A stretch of 37,527 bases of DNA from an uncultured Janthinobacterium sp. (GTDB lineage Bacteria > Vulcanimicrobiota > Vulcanimicrobiia > Vulcanimicrobiales > Vulcanimicrobiaceae): NCBI GenBank assembly GCA_964658025.1, contig CAZZXB010000011.1:1-37527 (forward strand), given 5' to 3'. The notes under the pieces are model-generated. The model saw only the letters and a program-made list of their open reading frames with translations. It was not told the DNA's origin and did no database searches. Within the stretch, counting starts at the first letter, position 1. Each line of letters starts with the position of its first letter. Shown here piece by piece: positions 36,157 to 37,527 of the stretch. The position numbers and the translations under genes were made by a program.

Positions 36157-37527
36157 GTGATCGAAACGCGCGGTTTCGACTTGCACGAGTGGCAACGCGA
36201 AGCGGTGCGGTGCTGGGTCGCGGGGACGGACGGCGTGCCGTATCGCGGGACGCTCGAGATCTTCACGGGCGGCGGGAAGACGCTGATCGCGCTCGCGTGC
36301 GCGGCGAAGGTCGCCGAGCGGGCGCCGCTCGCGAAGCTCGTCGTCGTCGTGCCGACGCAGGCGCTCGCGCGCCAATGGGCGGGCGCGATCGCGCGCTCGA
36401 CGACGATCTCGCCCGCGCGGATCGGCTTGCTCGGTGCGGGCGGCGACGACGATCTCGGCGCGCACGACGCGCTCGTCGCCGTCATCAATACGGCCTCGGC
36501 GCGGCTCCCGACGATCGTTTCGACGTGCGCGGATCCCGTGATGCTCGTGATCGACGAATGTCACCGGGCGGGCGCGGAATCGTTCCGCCGCGTCCTCGAT
36601 ACGCCCGCCCCGTATCGACTCGGTCTCTCCGCGACGCCCGAGCGCGACGAACTCGACGAGCGGGGCGAACCCGTTCGCTACGACGATCAAATCGTCGCCC
36701 GATCGCTCGGGCGACGCGTCTTCGCGTTCGGTCTCAAGGACGCGCGCGAGGCGGGATGGCTTCCGTCCTACGACATTCAGCATCACGGCGTTCCGCTCGA
36801 AAAAGCCGAACGCATCGGATACGACGACCTCACGCATCAGATCGACGACGTGAAGAAGCGATTCGAGCGCATGGGCGGAGAGACGCGCCGGGCGCGCGCG
36901 CTCGTGGGACGACCGGGCGAACTCGGGTCGCTCGCGCGTTCGTACGTCGCGCTCACCGCGACGCGCAAGGATCTGCTCTACAAGGCGAAGGCGCGGAACC
37001 GCGTCGCCGCGGGGATCGTGCGCGAGGCGTTCGCCGAGGAGACGCCGCGGCGGATGATCCTCTTCCACGAGCGCGTCTCCGAAGCGGGCGCGCTCTACGA
37101 CGCGATCGCGGACGTCGTTCCGGTCGAGGATCGCGCGCTCGAGCATTCGCAACTTCCCGAGCGCGAGCGGCGTGGCGCGCTCGAACGCTTCCGCGCGGGC
37201 GACGCGCGCGTGCTGGTCTCGGTGAAGTCGCTCGTGGAGGGCATCGACGTTCCCGAAGCGGACGTCGGCATCTCCGTCGCGTCGTCCGCGAGCGTGCGAC
37301 AGCGGATCCAATCGCTCGGACGCGTCCTACGGCGTTCGTTCGACGAACGCGCCGCGCCGAAGCACGCGTCGATGCACGTGATCTACGTTTGCGACACGGT
37401 CGACGAACAGATCTATGCCAAAGAAGATTGGTCCGACATCACGGGCGAAGCGAATAATCGTTATTGGCGTTGGAACGTCGCGGGCGACGAACGCATGCCC
37501 GAGAGCGGTCCGCCGCGCGAACCGCAA
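36157..37527 (+). CDS. Superfamily II DEAD/DEAH-box helicase (XPB/Rad25-like), 3'-partial
   Basis: Absent from the ORF track because it runs off the window. From GTG 36157: LHEWQREAV, FTGGGKT, VVVVPT, VIDECH, LGLSATPERD, LVEGIDVP and IQSLGRVLRR. Confidence 0.88.
   Translation, partial: MIETRGFDLHEWQREAVRCWVAGTDGVPYRGTLEIFTGGGKTLIALACAAKVAERAPLAKLVVVVPTQALARQWAGAIARSTTISPARIGLLGAGGDDDLGAHDALVAVINTASARLPTIVSTCADPVMLVIDECHRAGAESFRRVLDTPAPYRLGLSATPERDELDERGEPVRYDDQIVARSLGRRVFAFGLKDAREAGWLPSYDIQHHGVPLEKAERIGYDDLTHQIDDVKKRFERMGGETRRARALVGRPGELGSLARSYVALTATRKDLLYKAKARNRVAAGIVREAFAEETPRRMILFHERVSEAGALYDAIADVVPVEDRALEHSQLPERERRGALERFRAGDARVLVSVKSLVEGIDVPEADVGISVASSASVRQRIQSLGRVLRRSFDERAAPKHASMHVIYVCDTVDEQIYAKEDWSDITGEANNRYWRWNVAGDERMPESGPPREPQ

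Noticed and set aside
16..37457. Many long Arg/Ala-rich ORFs, e.g. 16..1203, 4039..5583, 27202..29019, 35761..37311 and 36189..37457
   Set aside because: These are shadow ORFs in alternative frames or strands of clear genes, expected at this GC content. They show no protein motifs.

Overview
A high-GC bacterial chromosomal window made mostly of housekeeping genes. The gene content (rbgA, Prp protease, split gcvPA/gcvPB, rplS-lepB-rbgA-rnhB-yraN block, Pro/Thr-rich lipoproteins) suggests a Terrabacteria-group organism, possibly Eremiobacterota-like; this is inference only. Left to right: a secreted prolyl oligopeptidase; a short structured intergenic locus (candidate ncRNA or small ORF); comM; a lipoprotein; an RND pump with its adaptor; acs; an exported protein with Met-rich repeats; an APC permease/small membrane protein/Usp operon; the yraN-rnhB-rbgA-lepB-lepB-rplS-trmD block; a frameshifted TPR gene; a tatB-like gene; rplU-prp with no rpmA; an ArgZ-like pentein; a Rieske ferredoxin; Uma2; a lone sufB; then a long plus-strand unit of speD, a lipoprotein, a Thermus-type speE, a PaaI protein and gcvT-H-PA-PB; finally a partial SF2 helicase. 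The most interesting unexplained elements are a roughly 230-nt, highly structured leader with a 6-codon uORF (MVRYQP*) in front of speD, and a roughly 190-nt structured locus at 2290-2480 bounded by a candidate promoter and a terminator. I saw no tRNA, rRNA, CRISPR array, transposase or integrase. All calls come from reading motifs by eye, with no database searches.
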